DNA from: Archaeoglobus fulgidus DSM 4304
GTDB lineage: Archaea; Halobacteriota; Archaeoglobi; Archaeoglobales; Archaeoglobaceae
DNA: 32,000 bases
Assembly: GCF_000008665.1 (NCBI RefSeq)
Contig: NC_000917.1
Location: forward strand, 750,001 to 782,000
Direction of reading: 5' to 3'
In this document: positions 19,337 to 28,264 of the stretch, in pieces
Layout of the letters: every line of letters starts with the position of its first letter
Numbering within the stretch: position 1 is the first letter of the stretch
Translations under genes and position numbers: made by a program
Notes under the pieces: generated by a model
The model's database searches: none
What the model saw: only the letters and a program-made list of their open reading frames with translations
What the model was told of the DNA's origin: nothing

Positions 19337-19717
19337 TCAGACACCGAAAAACTCCCTAACGTGACGTCTTGTGAGGTAGTAAAGGATTGCTCCCAAAACC
19401 ACAATCCCCACCACTCCCTTTGGGAGTGAAAGCAGCGATGATATCAGACCGAATGCCGTGAAAATCACAGCCAACCACCAACCCCAGCCCCTGCCCTTCC
19501 AAAGCCCATAGGCGGTTATGAGCCAGACGGTGCCGGTAATCGAGAAAAAGATTCCGCTGAACGCAAAAAACAGCTCAGCGTAAGGTATTTCTCCCAATTG
19601 AGTTGTAGAGGCGACTTGTGCAAGGTATCCGGATACCGCTGCTGCTAGAAAGAAAAATACAGCCGCCAAGACATACAGAATCGCCAAAACAGTTACACCG
19701 GTTGGCCTCTCCAACAA
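19337..19717 (-). CDS. Small four-TM membrane protein
   Basis: [31 protein letters not shown]... four hydrophobic spans. Confidence 0.82.
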
Positions 19718-19723
19718 ACCACC

Positions 19724-20524
19724 TCAGGCTCTGATAAGCATCGCCGAAAACGTGTGTATGAACTCCTCCAAAACCCTGTTAACGATTTCAGGCTGCTCAA
19801 GCATCACGCAGTGTCCGGCATCGGGAACGATCACCATCTTTGAATTCTTTATCAGCCTCGAAAGCTCCTCCGACTTGCTTACGGGGAGCAGTGCGTCCTC
19901 CTTTCCGACAACTATCAGCGTCGGTTTCTCTATTTCTCTCGCAATGTCCCTTAAATCCACTGTAGTCAGAGTCCAGAGAGTGTTAAGGGCTGCATGTTTG
20001 GGAGTGTTTTCCAGTGCCTCCTTCAGCCCCCAATCCCTCAGCTCTCCAGCCTTTCTCCCGAAGGCCATGTTTGCTATGATTCTTGCGGAGATTCCGTAAG
20101 CCAATGTAGCGAAAAGCCTTCCAATTGGGTAGCCGTAGCGGTGCAGGGACTGGATTCTCGCACCACCCCCTATCAAAACAAGCGCTTCAACCCTCCCAGG
20201 ATGCTCCACGCAGTACCTCATCGAAATCATTGTTCCGAAGGAGTGCCCAACGAGCACGAATCTGTCAAAACTCGCATCCTTAACCGCGGCATGCAAGTCG
20301 GAAACGAAGTTATCGAACTCGTAAAAGCTCCTGTTGAAGGGCTTGTCCGACTTTCCGTGTCCTCTGTTGTCGATGAAAAGCATTCTGTGTTTGCCTTTGA
20401 AGTACTCCCTCTGCTCCCTCCAGAAATTCATGTTGGCGGTCCATCCGTGAACGAAAACGATTGCCGGCTCTCCTCCATCCTCAACCTCGTAGTAAATTTT
20501 AACACCGTTGTCAGCATACGGCAT
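19724..20524 (-). CDS. Alpha/beta hydrolase
   Basis: IVFVHGWTANMNFW, DNRGHGKSDKP, LVGHSFGTMIS nucleophile elbow, C-terminal GHCVMLEQPE. Confidence 0.92.
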   Translation of the reverse strand: MPYADNGVKIYYEVEDGGEPAIVFVHGWTANMNFWREQREYFKGKHRMLFIDNRGHGKSDKPFNRSFYEFDNFVSDLHAAVKDASFDRFVLVGHSFGTMISMRYCVEHPGRVEALVLIGGGARIQSLHRYGYPIGRLFATLAYGISARIIANMAFGRKAGELRDWGLKEALENTPKHAALNTLWTLTTVDLRDIAREIEKPTLIVVGKEDALLPVSKSEELSRLIKNSKMVIVPDAGHCVMLEQPEIVNRVLEEFIHTFSAMLIRA

Positions 20525-20575
20525 GATGCAAGTTGATAATTATCTTTAAAAATTTTTCCCCACAGCTAAAATTTT

Positions 20576-22054
20576 TCACACCTTAAGCTTTTTCGATATT
20601 TCAAGCAGCCTCTTCCACCTTCTGTACTTCTCCGATAAATCCAAAGAGGGTTCGAAAACTTTATCGAAGGGCATGCAGAAGTCCTTTTTCCACTTGCCCA
20701 AAGCCCTCCCAGCAACGAGGTGCGCCCCGAAAGAAGTTCCCGAAAGCACTGCCCCCCTCTCAACTTTCAAGCCTGTAACGTCGGCAATTCTCTGCAGGAA
20801 GAAGTCGTTGGAGGACATCTCTCCGTCGCATCTGATTCTGTCAGTTTCGTAGGGAAACTCCTTCCGCATAATCTCGACGATTTCGGCTATTCTGAAGGCT
20901 ATGGATTCGAGCAGGGCTTTCACTATATCCTCCCTCGTCATGGCGTTGGATATCCCGTAAAGCAAGCCGGGAACCGAGACGTAGTGGGGAGTTGCGAGGC
21001 CGGTGAAGGAGGGGATGAGCAGCATGTCGTCATTCTTCGACCTGAAGGCCATTTCTGAAGTTTTAGAAACATCATCGTAGATGCCGATTTCCTTCAGCTT
21101 CTCCACGGCAGAACCGCTGTAGAAGAGCATCCCCTCCATCATGTATCTCATTTCCGACTTCAGCTTCCACGCTATGAGGGGAAGCAAACCTCCGGGAGAG
21201 GCTTGGGGCTCTTCTCCAACATTGAGGTCGACGAAGGTTCCGGTTCCGTTGGTGGCCTTGATGTCTCCCTCCTCCCAGCATCCGAGGGCGTAGAGGGAGG
21301 CGGATTGGTCGGCGATGACTCCAGTGACTGGCACATTTCTGTACTCTCCAAAGATTCTGTCGCTTTCGAGGGTTTTCGGAAGCATTTCCTCATCTGCTCC
21401 AACAATTTTTAGAATGGGCTCGCTCCACCGCAGGTAGTAGGAGTCGTAGAGGCCTGTAGCAGCAGCATTGGAGTAATCTGTAAGATGCTCACCTGTCAGC
21501 CTGTATACAAGCCAGCTGTCAACGGTTCCAGCTTTCAGATCATACTTCTCCTTTTTCTCTCCAAGCTCCCTCAGCATCCAGCAGAGCTTCACGCTGGTGT
21601 GGTTGGGGCGGATTGAGAGGCGGGAGAGTGTGATGAGCCACTTAACCCTTCTCTTGTTTTTCAGCGTTGGAAGCAGCTTCACCACCCCTCTCGCAATCAT
21701 TCCAGCAGTCCTTGCCATCCTGATGGTAGAGTCTCTGTTCATCTCCTCAGCAAGAGCGTTGGCCCTCATGTCCTGCCATCCAAGGGCATTGAAGACTGGC
21801 CTGCCCGTTTTACCATCCCACAGAACTGCGGTGGTTCGCTGGTTGGTTATGGCAATTACCTCAACACCATACTCGTCAATGGCTGTGTCAGCGAAGCTCA
21901 CACACTTCCTCGCTAAATCCTCTGCATCGATCTCAACCCATCCCGGCTTTGGATTGTGCTTGACAACCGGCTCCTTTTTGATCGCTACAAGTTTATCCTC
22001 ATCGTAAACGGCAAGCTTTATCGTTGTTGTTCCCGCATCGATTACCCCAATCAT
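20576..22054 (-). CDS. glpK: FGGY-family carbohydrate kinase, probable glycerol kinase
   Basis: GVIDAGTTTIKLAVYD, ITNQRTTAVLWDGKTGRPVFNALGWQD, TGVIADQSASLYALGCWEEGDIKATNGTGTF, DGEMSSNDFFLQRIAD. Confidence 0.88.
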   Translation of the reverse strand: MIGVIDAGTTTIKLAVYDEDKLVAIKKEPVVKHNPKPGWVEIDAEDLARKCVSFADTAIDEYGVEVIAITNQRTTAVLWDGKTGRPVFNALGWQDMRANALAEEMNRDSTIRMARTAGMIARGVVKLLPTLKNKRRVKWLITLSRLSIRPNHTSVKLCWMLRELGEKKEKYDLKAGTVDSWLVYRLTGEHLTDYSNAAATGLYDSYYLRWSEPILKIVGADEEMLPKTLESDRIFGEYRNVPVTGVIADQSASLYALGCWEEGDIKATNGTGTFVDLNVGEEPQASPGGLLPLIAWKLKSEMRYMMEGMLFYSGSAVEKLKEIGIYDDVSKTSEMAFRSKNDDMLLIPSFTGLATPHYVSVPGLLYGISNAMTREDIVKALLESIAFRIAEIVEIMRKEFPYETDRIRCDGEMSSNDFFLQRIADVTGLKVERGAVLSGTSFGAHLVAGRALGKWKKDFCMPFDKVFEPSLDLSEKYRRWKRLLEISKKLKV

Positions 22055-23037
22055 AGGCCCTCAGCTATAATCTCAACAATATCCTTTGCCTTCAGCGCCA
22101 TCCTGCACGAGGGGCAGAGAGTCACGATTTGATGCTCAAAGTGCTCCATCCTCCTCTCCGCAACTTTTTCCGCCATTTCTGGTACGACAAATCTGTAAAC
22201 CCCGCCGTAACCGCAGCAGTGCGTGTCTTTACCATTGAACACCGGCTCGTGGACAACAAAGCCCATCTCTGCGAGCAGCCTTCTTGGTTCCTCAACAATG
22301 TCCAGCTTCCTTGCAAGAATGCATGGGTCGTGGTAGGACACATCCCCGCCAATCTTTACGGGCTTGAGAACAGCCAGAAGGTGGGCAGCCTTTATTCCGT
22401 TCTCCCTCATTACGTGAACGCAGTGCGGACAGTTGCTGATAACCCCCTCATACTTCGCTGCAGCATCCTTGAGACTTGAAATCTTCCCCCTGAACTTATC
22501 AACCAAGCCGAGTTCGTAGTAGGGCATTCCGCAGCATTCGAGGTTTTTAACGGCAAAATCAACGCCGAGCTTCTCCAGAACCTCAACTGTTACGTCGAAG
22601 AGACCACTCTCAAAGGTGCTGCAGCCGGGGAAGTATAGGATTTTCCCGTCTCTTGGCTCAACCTCCACTTTTCTCATGGACTTCTCAAACCTCTCTATGG
22701 CCTTCATAGCCCTCTCCCCTCCCCTGTAACCCCTGAGATTGTCGTTCACGCTTATATCCATGGGACAGGCATTTTTGCAGGCATCACACGGAAGGCAGTG
22801 GTAAATGGCCTCTTCCGTTTCACCGAGGTAGGCGAGCCTCGATTTCACGGAAGGTGAGACGGTCAGCCTTCTTTCAGCGTCAAATACTGGACAGACATGG
22901 AGGCACATGTTCGGGCAGAGCATGCACTTCGTCACGTCATCAGACTTGCCGAGCTTTGGAACCACCTTTGCCAGCCTCATTTTCGTCTTCAGGTCGGTGT
23001 TGGCCAGAATTCTCGTTATGACCTTCGGATTTATCAC
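22051..23037 (-). CDS. Cysteine-rich Fe-S oxidoreductase (GlpC/HdrD-like, CCG domains)
   Basis: CMLCPNMCLHVCP and CLPCDACKNACPMD ferredoxin-type motifs; CPHCVHVMRENG, CCGMPYYELGL, CCGYGGVYR cysteine-rich motifs. GTG start at 23037 inferred from the INPKVITRIL context and GTGA overlap with the upstream gene. Confidence 0.9.
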   Translation of the reverse strand: MINPKVITRILANTDLKTKMRLAKVVPKLGKSDDVTKCMLCPNMCLHVCPVFDAERRLTVSPSVKSRLAYLGETEEAIYHCLPCDACKNACPMDISVNDNLRGYRGGERAMKAIERFEKSMRKVEVEPRDGKILYFPGCSTFESGLFDVTVEVLEKLGVDFAVKNLECCGMPYYELGLVDKFRGKISSLKDAAAKYEGVISNCPHCVHVMRENGIKAAHLLAVLKPVKIGGDVSYHDPCILARKLDIVEEPRRLLAEMGFVVHEPVFNGKDTHCCGYGGVYRFVVPEMAEKVAERRMEHFEHQIVTLCPSCRMALKAKDIVEIIAEGL

Positions 23038-24377
23038 AGCATCACCCCCCTGTTGAGGATGTTCCTCCTGTCCAGAACGCTCTTCAGGTCTCTCAGCAGA
23101 GGATAGTATCCCCCAATCTCTGCCGAAAGCCACCTCTTCCTCAACCTCCCCACGCCGTGGTGGTGCGTCAGATTCCCACCGTTCTTCAGCGAAGCCTCGA
23201 TGGCCCTCCTCCATACTTCAAAGTAGTAGCTCTCTATGTCTGCCGGCAAACCGGCAAAGGTGAAGTAGAAGCACAAACCGCTCTCGTAGAAGTGCGATGC
23301 GTGGGCTGAGGCTGTGACTGTTCCCTCAACGCTCCTTATGGCCTTCAAAACCTCTGAGTAAACTCTCTCCGCATCCTTCCAGAAGCACGCAACCTCTATG
23401 GTGTCGAAGATGAAGCCGAGGGGGACGATTCGGCTTATATCCGAAACGTCGAACCTCTTCTCAAGCCACTTCTCCGCCCTTCCCTCAACCAACCTTCCCC
23501 TAACGAGATTTCTGGCCTCCTTCAGCTTTGCAGACGCAGCCCTTCCCTCGAAAACCGCTATCAGAGTGAAGCTTTCCGAGTCGAAGTACCTCAGACTCTC
23601 CTCATCGTCGAAAATTCTCATGAGAGCTGGTCTTAGCTGCATCAAAGCCTTTGCATCCCTCACAGCCTCACCAATACCATCGTATTCGACTGAGAGCGTT
23701 AGAAACTCTTCCGGCAATGGAAAAATCTTCATTACCGCTTCGGTAACAACACCGAGCAGCCCCTCGCTTCCCACAAAAATTTTCTTTAAATCGGGCCCAG
23801 CCCTTCTGGGAGTTGCCCTCTCCGTAACCACTTCACCATCCGGGAGAACAGCCGTTAGGGAGACAAGAAGGTTCTCGATGTTGCCGTAGCCAGTTGAGAA
23901 CTGCCCGCTCGCTGCCGTAGCAACCCAGCCGCCAACGGTCGAGCAGTAGAGGCTCTGGGGAGAGTGGCGGAGCGTGAAGCCCCGATGGTTCAGAATCTTC
24001 TCCAGCCTTCCCCCAACAACCCCAGCTCCCGCTCTAACAACCATGTTCTCCTCATCAATCTCTATCTGGTCGAGGGAGAGCGTGGAGAGAGCTATTCCCC
24101 CCTCGTAGGGAGTTGCTGCATCTATAACCCCGCTCCCACCGCCGAAAACGTACACAGGTATGCCGTAGGTGTTTGCGACCTTGAGAATGACTGAAACCTC
24201 CTCAGTGCTCTTCGGGAAAACAACAGCGTCAGGCATTGCAGAAAACTCTCGCCTGAGCAGCTTGGGAAGGTGAAGGGGATTGTAGTCCTTGCAGTAGGCA
24301 ATTCTGTCCTCCATGTTTGTGGAGACCGCTATCCCAGCAGCCCTGATTTCCTCAAGAGCTTTTTCGATGGCTATCAC
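23034..24377 (-). CDS. FAD-linked oxidase (alkyldihydroxyacetonephosphate synthase / GlcD-like)
   Basis: P-loop-like VYVFGGGSGVIDAATPYEGGIALSTLSL, LYCSTVGGWVATAASGQFSTGYGNIENLL, C-terminal LTHHHGVGRLRKRWL. Confidence 0.9.
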   Translation of the reverse strand: MIAIEKALEEIRAAGIAVSTNMEDRIAYCKDYNPLHLPKLLRREFSAMPDAVVFPKSTEEVSVILKVANTYGIPVYVFGGGSGVIDAATPYEGGIALSTLSLDQIEIDEENMVVRAGAGVVGGRLEKILNHRGFTLRHSPQSLYCSTVGGWVATAASGQFSTGYGNIENLLVSLTAVLPDGEVVTERATPRRAGPDLKKIFVGSEGLLGVVTEAVMKIFPLPEEFLTLSVEYDGIGEAVRDAKALMQLRPALMRIFDDEESLRYFDSESFTLIAVFEGRAASAKLKEARNLVRGRLVEGRAEKWLEKRFDVSDISRIVPLGFIFDTIEVACFWKDAERVYSEVLKAIRSVEGTVTASAHASHFYESGLCFYFTFAGLPADIESYYFEVWRRAIEASLKNGGNLTHHHGVGRLRKRWLSAEIGGYYPLLRDLKSVLDRRNILNRGVML

Positions 24378-24700
24378 CTCAGCCTCACAGCCGTTCCGTA
24401 GGCGAGAAGTTCAGCAGCTCCAGCCATTGTTTGTGAAGTTGTGAATCGAACGTTTACCACTGCATCAGCGCCGAGCTTTTTGGCCTCCTTAATCATCCTG
24501 TTCAGAGCCTCCATCCTTGCATCCCTCAGCATTTCCGTGTACTCCTCTATCTCCCCTCCAACTATGTTCTTCAGACCCGCCAGAATGTCCTTACCGACAT
24601 GCTTCGCCCTGACTGTGTTTCCGAAAACCACTCCCAGAATCTCAGCAACCTCACGCTGCGGAACTGTTTCGGTTGTTGTAATTATTATCTCCTTCTCCAT
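24374..24700 (-). CDS. YbjQ/UPF0145 (DUF74) family protein
   Basis: ITTTETVPQREVAEILGVVFGNTVRAKHVGKDILAGLKNIVGGEIEEYTEMLRDARMEALNRMIKEAKKLGADAVVNVRFTTS. Confidence 0.93.
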   Translation of the reverse strand: MEKEIIITTTETVPQREVAEILGVVFGNTVRAKHVGKDILAGLKNIVGGEIEEYTEMLRDARMEALNRMIKEAKKLGADAVVNVRFTTSQTMAGAAELLAYGTAVRLR

Positions 24701-24861
24701 CAACTCACCCCCTCGATTTTCTTTTCTCTTCCTCCAAACAGTATGAGCGCGATTCCAACAACAATCAGTATTGTGTCGAAGACCAGAAGGACGGGAAAGA
24801 GGATTTCAAGTGCCAGCCCTGCTGCAATGAAAGCGATGCCCCACTTGTGGTGACTCTCCAT
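24700..24861 (-). CDS. Small (53 aa) membrane protein missing from the ORF track
   Basis: MESHHKWGIAFIAAGLALEILFPVLLVFDTILIVVGIALILFGGREKKIEGVS; TGA overlaps the ATG of the YbjQ gene (TGATG); two hydrophobic spans. Confidence 0.75.
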   Translation of the reverse strand: MESHHKWGIAFIAAGLALEILFPVLLVFDTILIVVGIALILFGGREKKIEGVS

Positions 24862-24881
24862 GTTGAGCCTTCAATAATGAT

Positions 24882-25889
24882 TTATTTAAATGTAGCGAGT
24901 TCAAACAGCACTTCCTCAACCTTCAGTCCTTCATAAAGGACTCTGTAGATGCTGTCGAGCAGCTTTGTGTCTGCATTTATTTTGCTGGACAGCCTGTATG
25001 CTTTCTCTGCCGTTTTGTAGCCCTCAACCACACCAACTCCTCTCCTCTCAAGCTCCTCCATCGCCTCATCGATGCTAAGCCCCTTTCCAAGCAGCTCTCC
25101 CAGCATCCCGTTCCTTCCTCCCCTGAAGGTTGCGATGAGGTCTCCAAATCCGGAAAGGCCAAAGGCGGTCTCTCTATCCCCTCCGAGAATCTCTATCAGC
25201 TCTGCCATCTCGTTTATGGCTCTCGTTGCAATCACTCCCTTTGCATTGCTCATCTCAACGTTTTTTCTGCTCTCGTAGCCCCTTATCCATGCAATGGCTA
25301 TGGAATAAACGTTTTTGAGGGCGGAGGTTATTTCCGTGCCAATTATGTCTGTTGTTACTTCAACGCCAAAGTACTCTGTCTCAAAGATTTCTTTCATTTT
25401 ATTGGCCGAGCTTTCGGATGGGCTGCTGAAAACAACGGTTGTGGGCATGCGTTTCGCCACCTCTCTTGCAATAGCGGGCCCGGTTATCGCCACAGTCCTT
25501 TCCCTCAAATCGTGCTTTAACCTCCATACAGCTTCGGGAACCGTCAGAACACTGTTATCAAAATCAATCAGCCCTTTAGAGATGAGTACGATGTACTGGT
25601 CCTTGAGATACGGGAGAATTCTGCTCATTACGGGCAGCACGCCATCCGTGCTAACACCCAGAAGTACAACCTCTGCATTCTCCAAACATTTTTCAAGCTG
25701 CTCTGGCCAGAAAATTTCCACGCCATTGAGCTTTACACCAAGCCTTGGATGCTCTCTGCCGGCTGAGATTGATTTTAAAATCTCCGTATCGAACTCGGTC
25801 CCCCAGATTCTCACTTCGTTGCCGTTATCTACGAGCGGGACGGAGAGGGCTGAGCCCATTGCACCCGCTCCCAGTATCGAAACAATCAT
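24882..25889 (-). CDS. gpsA: NAD(P)-dependent glycerol-3-phosphate dehydrogenase
   Basis: MIVSILGAGAMGSALSVPLVDNGNEVRIWG, VTEVTTDIIGTEITSALKNVYSIAIAW-type active-site region, SGFGDLIATFRGGRNGMLG, GVVEGYKTAEKAYRL. Confidence 0.95.
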   Translation of the reverse strand: MIVSILGAGAMGSALSVPLVDNGNEVRIWGTEFDTEILKSISAGREHPRLGVKLNGVEIFWPEQLEKCLENAEVVLLGVSTDGVLPVMSRILPYLKDQYIVLISKGLIDFDNSVLTVPEAVWRLKHDLRERTVAITGPAIAREVAKRMPTTVVFSSPSESSANKMKEIFETEYFGVEVTTDIIGTEITSALKNVYSIAIAWIRGYESRKNVEMSNAKGVIATRAINEMAELIEILGGDRETAFGLSGFGDLIATFRGGRNGMLGELLGKGLSIDEAMEELERRGVGVVEGYKTAEKAYRLSSKINADTKLLDSIYRVLYEGLKVEEVLFELATFK

Positions 25890-25952
25890 GATGTAGCTAT
25901 GATTAGAATTACAAAAAGCTAACGTTTATATTGTCTCCGTCCAAATGCAGTT

Positions 25953-26147
25953 ATGCCCGGCATCGTCCCTCACAGGCACTGCGTGGTTTGTGGCAAGGCC
26001 ATTGAGCCTGACCAGCAGGTTTGCAGCGATGAGTGTGGAGAGATACTCAACAAAGAGAGGAAGAGGCAGAGGAACTTCATGATTCTGATGTTCGGAATTC
26101 TGATTCTGCTGCTTGTGATGATGTGGCTGCCCTATTTTAAGATTTAA
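25953..26147 (+). CDS. Small zinc-ribbon membrane protein (DUF2116-like)
   Basis: MPGIVPHRHCVVCGKAIEPDQQVCSDEC followed by one TM segment. Confidence 0.88.
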   Translation: MPGIVPHRHCVVCGKAIEPDQQVCSDECGEILNKERKRQRNFMILMFGILILLLVMMWLPYFKI

Positions 26148-26151
26148 CTTT

Positions 26152-27525
26152 TTAACACTCACACTCCTCTCCAGGCACTGAAACGGGGTATTTGGAGGTC
26201 AGACAGGCAAGGCAGTATCCCCTCTTTCCACCCGCCCTCCTAACCGCTTCGAGAAGACCTTCCAGGCTCAGGTAGGCGAGGCTATCCGTTCCGAAAATTC
26301 TCCCTATCTCCTCAACGGTATGGCTGGCGGCTATCAGCTCCTCCCTCGATTTCATGTCTATTCCGAAGTAGCACGGGGCTATGATTGGGGGGCTGCCGAT
26401 TCTCATGTGCACCTCCTTTGCTCCCGCGTCTTTTATCATCTGCACGATTCTCCTTGAGGTGGTCCCTCTCACTATGCTGTCGTCAACCAGCACAACCCTC
26501 CTCCCCCTCACGTTCTCCCTGACGACGTTTACCTTCAGCCTCACTGACGTCTCCCTTAGACTCTGAACCGGCATTATGAAAGTCCTGCCCACGTATCTGT
26601 TCTTTATCAAGCCCTCAAAGTAAGGCAGCCCTGATTCCTGAGCGTAGCCTATTGCCGCGGTTATTCCGCTGTCGGGTACAGCTGAAACGAAGTCAGCTTC
26701 GACAGGAGACTCCCTCGCCAGAACCTTTCCCATCTCGCTTCTCGCTTTGTAAACGCTTATTCCGTCAATTATTGAGTCCGGGCGGGCGAAGTATATGTAC
26801 TCGAAAATGCAAACAGCTCTCCTCTCCGATTTGGCGATTTTTACGAACTCAAGCTCACCATCTTTTATAATCGCCGCTTTCCCAGGCTGTACGTCTCTTA
26901 TAAACTCTCCACCGAGAGCATCGATTGCGCAGCTTTCGCTGCATATCACATAACCATCATCAATCCTTCCAACGCACAGCGGCTTGAAGCCGAGAGGGTC
27001 GCGGTAGCCTATCACCGCATCGTCAACGAGCATGGTCATGGTGTAGCTGCCCACAAGTGATTCGTTCAGCCTTTCAAGAGCATTTATGATGTCCCCTTCC
27101 TCGATCAGAAACTTTGAGAGCAGCTGGGAAATTACCTCGGTATCTGAATCGGTTGTGAAAACCCTTCCCTCGTTTTCCAGCTCGTTTCTCAGCTGAGAGT
27201 AGTTAACGAGGTTTCCGTTATGTGCTACAGCTATGTATCCCGCCTTTGATTTGACGACGAAAGGCTGAGCGTTCTCAAGTCTCGACCTACCGGTCGTTGA
27301 GTATCTGACGTGGCCGATTACCGATTTGCCTGCAAGCAGCTCAAAGTCCTCGTCGTTGAAAACCTCGGTGACGAGGCCCATGCCCCTCTTCTGCCTTATG
27401 TGGTTGTCAAAGGACGCGATACCTGCCGACTCCTGACCGCGATGCTGAAGGGAGAAGAGAGAATAGTAGGCGAGTCGGGGAGCAAGCTCCCCGTCAGGAT
27501 GGTATATACCTACAACCCCACACAT
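26152..27525 (-). CDS. purF: Amidophosphoribosyltransferase
   Basis: N-terminal Cys nucleophile region MCGVVGIYHPDG, LFSLQHRGQESAGIASFD, VVLVDDSIVRGTTSRRIVQMIKDAGAKEVHMRIGSPPI. Confidence 0.97.
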   Translation of the reverse strand: MCGVVGIYHPDGELAPRLAYYSLFSLQHRGQESAGIASFDNHIRQKRGMGLVTEVFNDEDFELLAGKSVIGHVRYSTTGRSRLENAQPFVVKSKAGYIAVAHNGNLVNYSQLRNELENEGRVFTTDSDTEVISQLLSKFLIEEGDIINALERLNESLVGSYTMTMLVDDAVIGYRDPLGFKPLCVGRIDDGYVICSESCAIDALGGEFIRDVQPGKAAIIKDGELEFVKIAKSERRAVCIFEYIYFARPDSIIDGISVYKARSEMGKVLARESPVEADFVSAVPDSGITAAIGYAQESGLPYFEGLIKNRYVGRTFIMPVQSLRETSVRLKVNVVRENVRGRRVVLVDDSIVRGTTSRRIVQMIKDAGAKEVHMRIGSPPIIAPCYFGIDMKSREELIAASHTVEEIGRIFGTDSLAYLSLEGLLEAVRRAGGKRGYCLACLTSKYPVSVPGEECEC

Positions 27526-27704
27526 TTACGTTCTGTTTTTCTTCTTTCTAACCCAGTTGTAGCTTCTAAGCCTCTTGCTCCTTCCGAACCCACATGCAGC
27601 GCAATAACCCTTTCTTCTGTGGAATGAGTGCCTTCCACACCTTCTGCACCTGATATGAACTCTCTTTCTGCCCTTCTTACCCATCGCAGCCGTTCCGTCC
27701 GACA

Positions 27705-27705
<1 letters not shown>
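27526..27705 (-). CDS. rpl37e: Ribosomal protein L37e
   Basis: [44 protein letters not shown]; zinc-binding CxxC...CxxC. Confidence 0.96.
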
Positions 27706-27959
<254 letters not shown>

Positions 27960-28082
27960 CTAAGGTTCGTTGCAGGAGGAGTTATTTAAAAATATCGCTG
28001 AACCCGAATTTTGCCAGATGCTGAGAGCTTAAAGGCACACAAGTCGAAAACATTTTTAACCCTGAAGCTCCAGCAATGACAA

Positions 28083-28153
28083 GCGCGGGTAGTCTAGCGG
28101 TAGGACAACGCCCTTCCGAGGCGTTAGCCCGGGTTCGAATCCCGGCCCGCGCA
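28083..28153 (+). tRNA. tRNA-Gly(TCC)
   Basis: GCGCGGG/CCCGCGC acceptor; anticodon arm ACGCC-CTTCCGA-GGCGT; T arm CCGGG-TTCGAAT-CCCGG; CCA not encoded. Confidence 0.94.
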
Positions 28154-28264
28154 CATTGGTTTTTAATTGCCTCCATCCGAAGAAACTTTTATAGGGAATC
28201 ATGCTAGAATTGGTGGTATGTACAGAGCAAAGATTGTTGCTGAAAATAATCAGGCGGTGATGGG

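Noticed and set aside
19994-20536. 180-aa plus-strand ORF
   Set aside because: Antisense to the alpha/beta hydrolase with canonical motifs on the other strand.
23038-23214. N-terminal 59 residues of the track ORF 22051..23214
   Set aside because: Overlaps the end of the upstream FAD oxidase gene by >170 nt and is charged low-similarity sequence; GTG at 23037 with GTGA overlap is the more plausible start.
25315-25896. 193-aa plus-strand ORF
   Set aside because: Entirely antisense to gpsA, low-complexity Ser/Thr/Leu-rich shadow ORF.
27982-28176. 64-aa minus-strand ORF (...CARAGIRTRANASEGRCPTARLP...)
   Set aside because: Reverse complement of tRNA-Gly(TCC); characteristic tRNA-derived pseudo-peptide.
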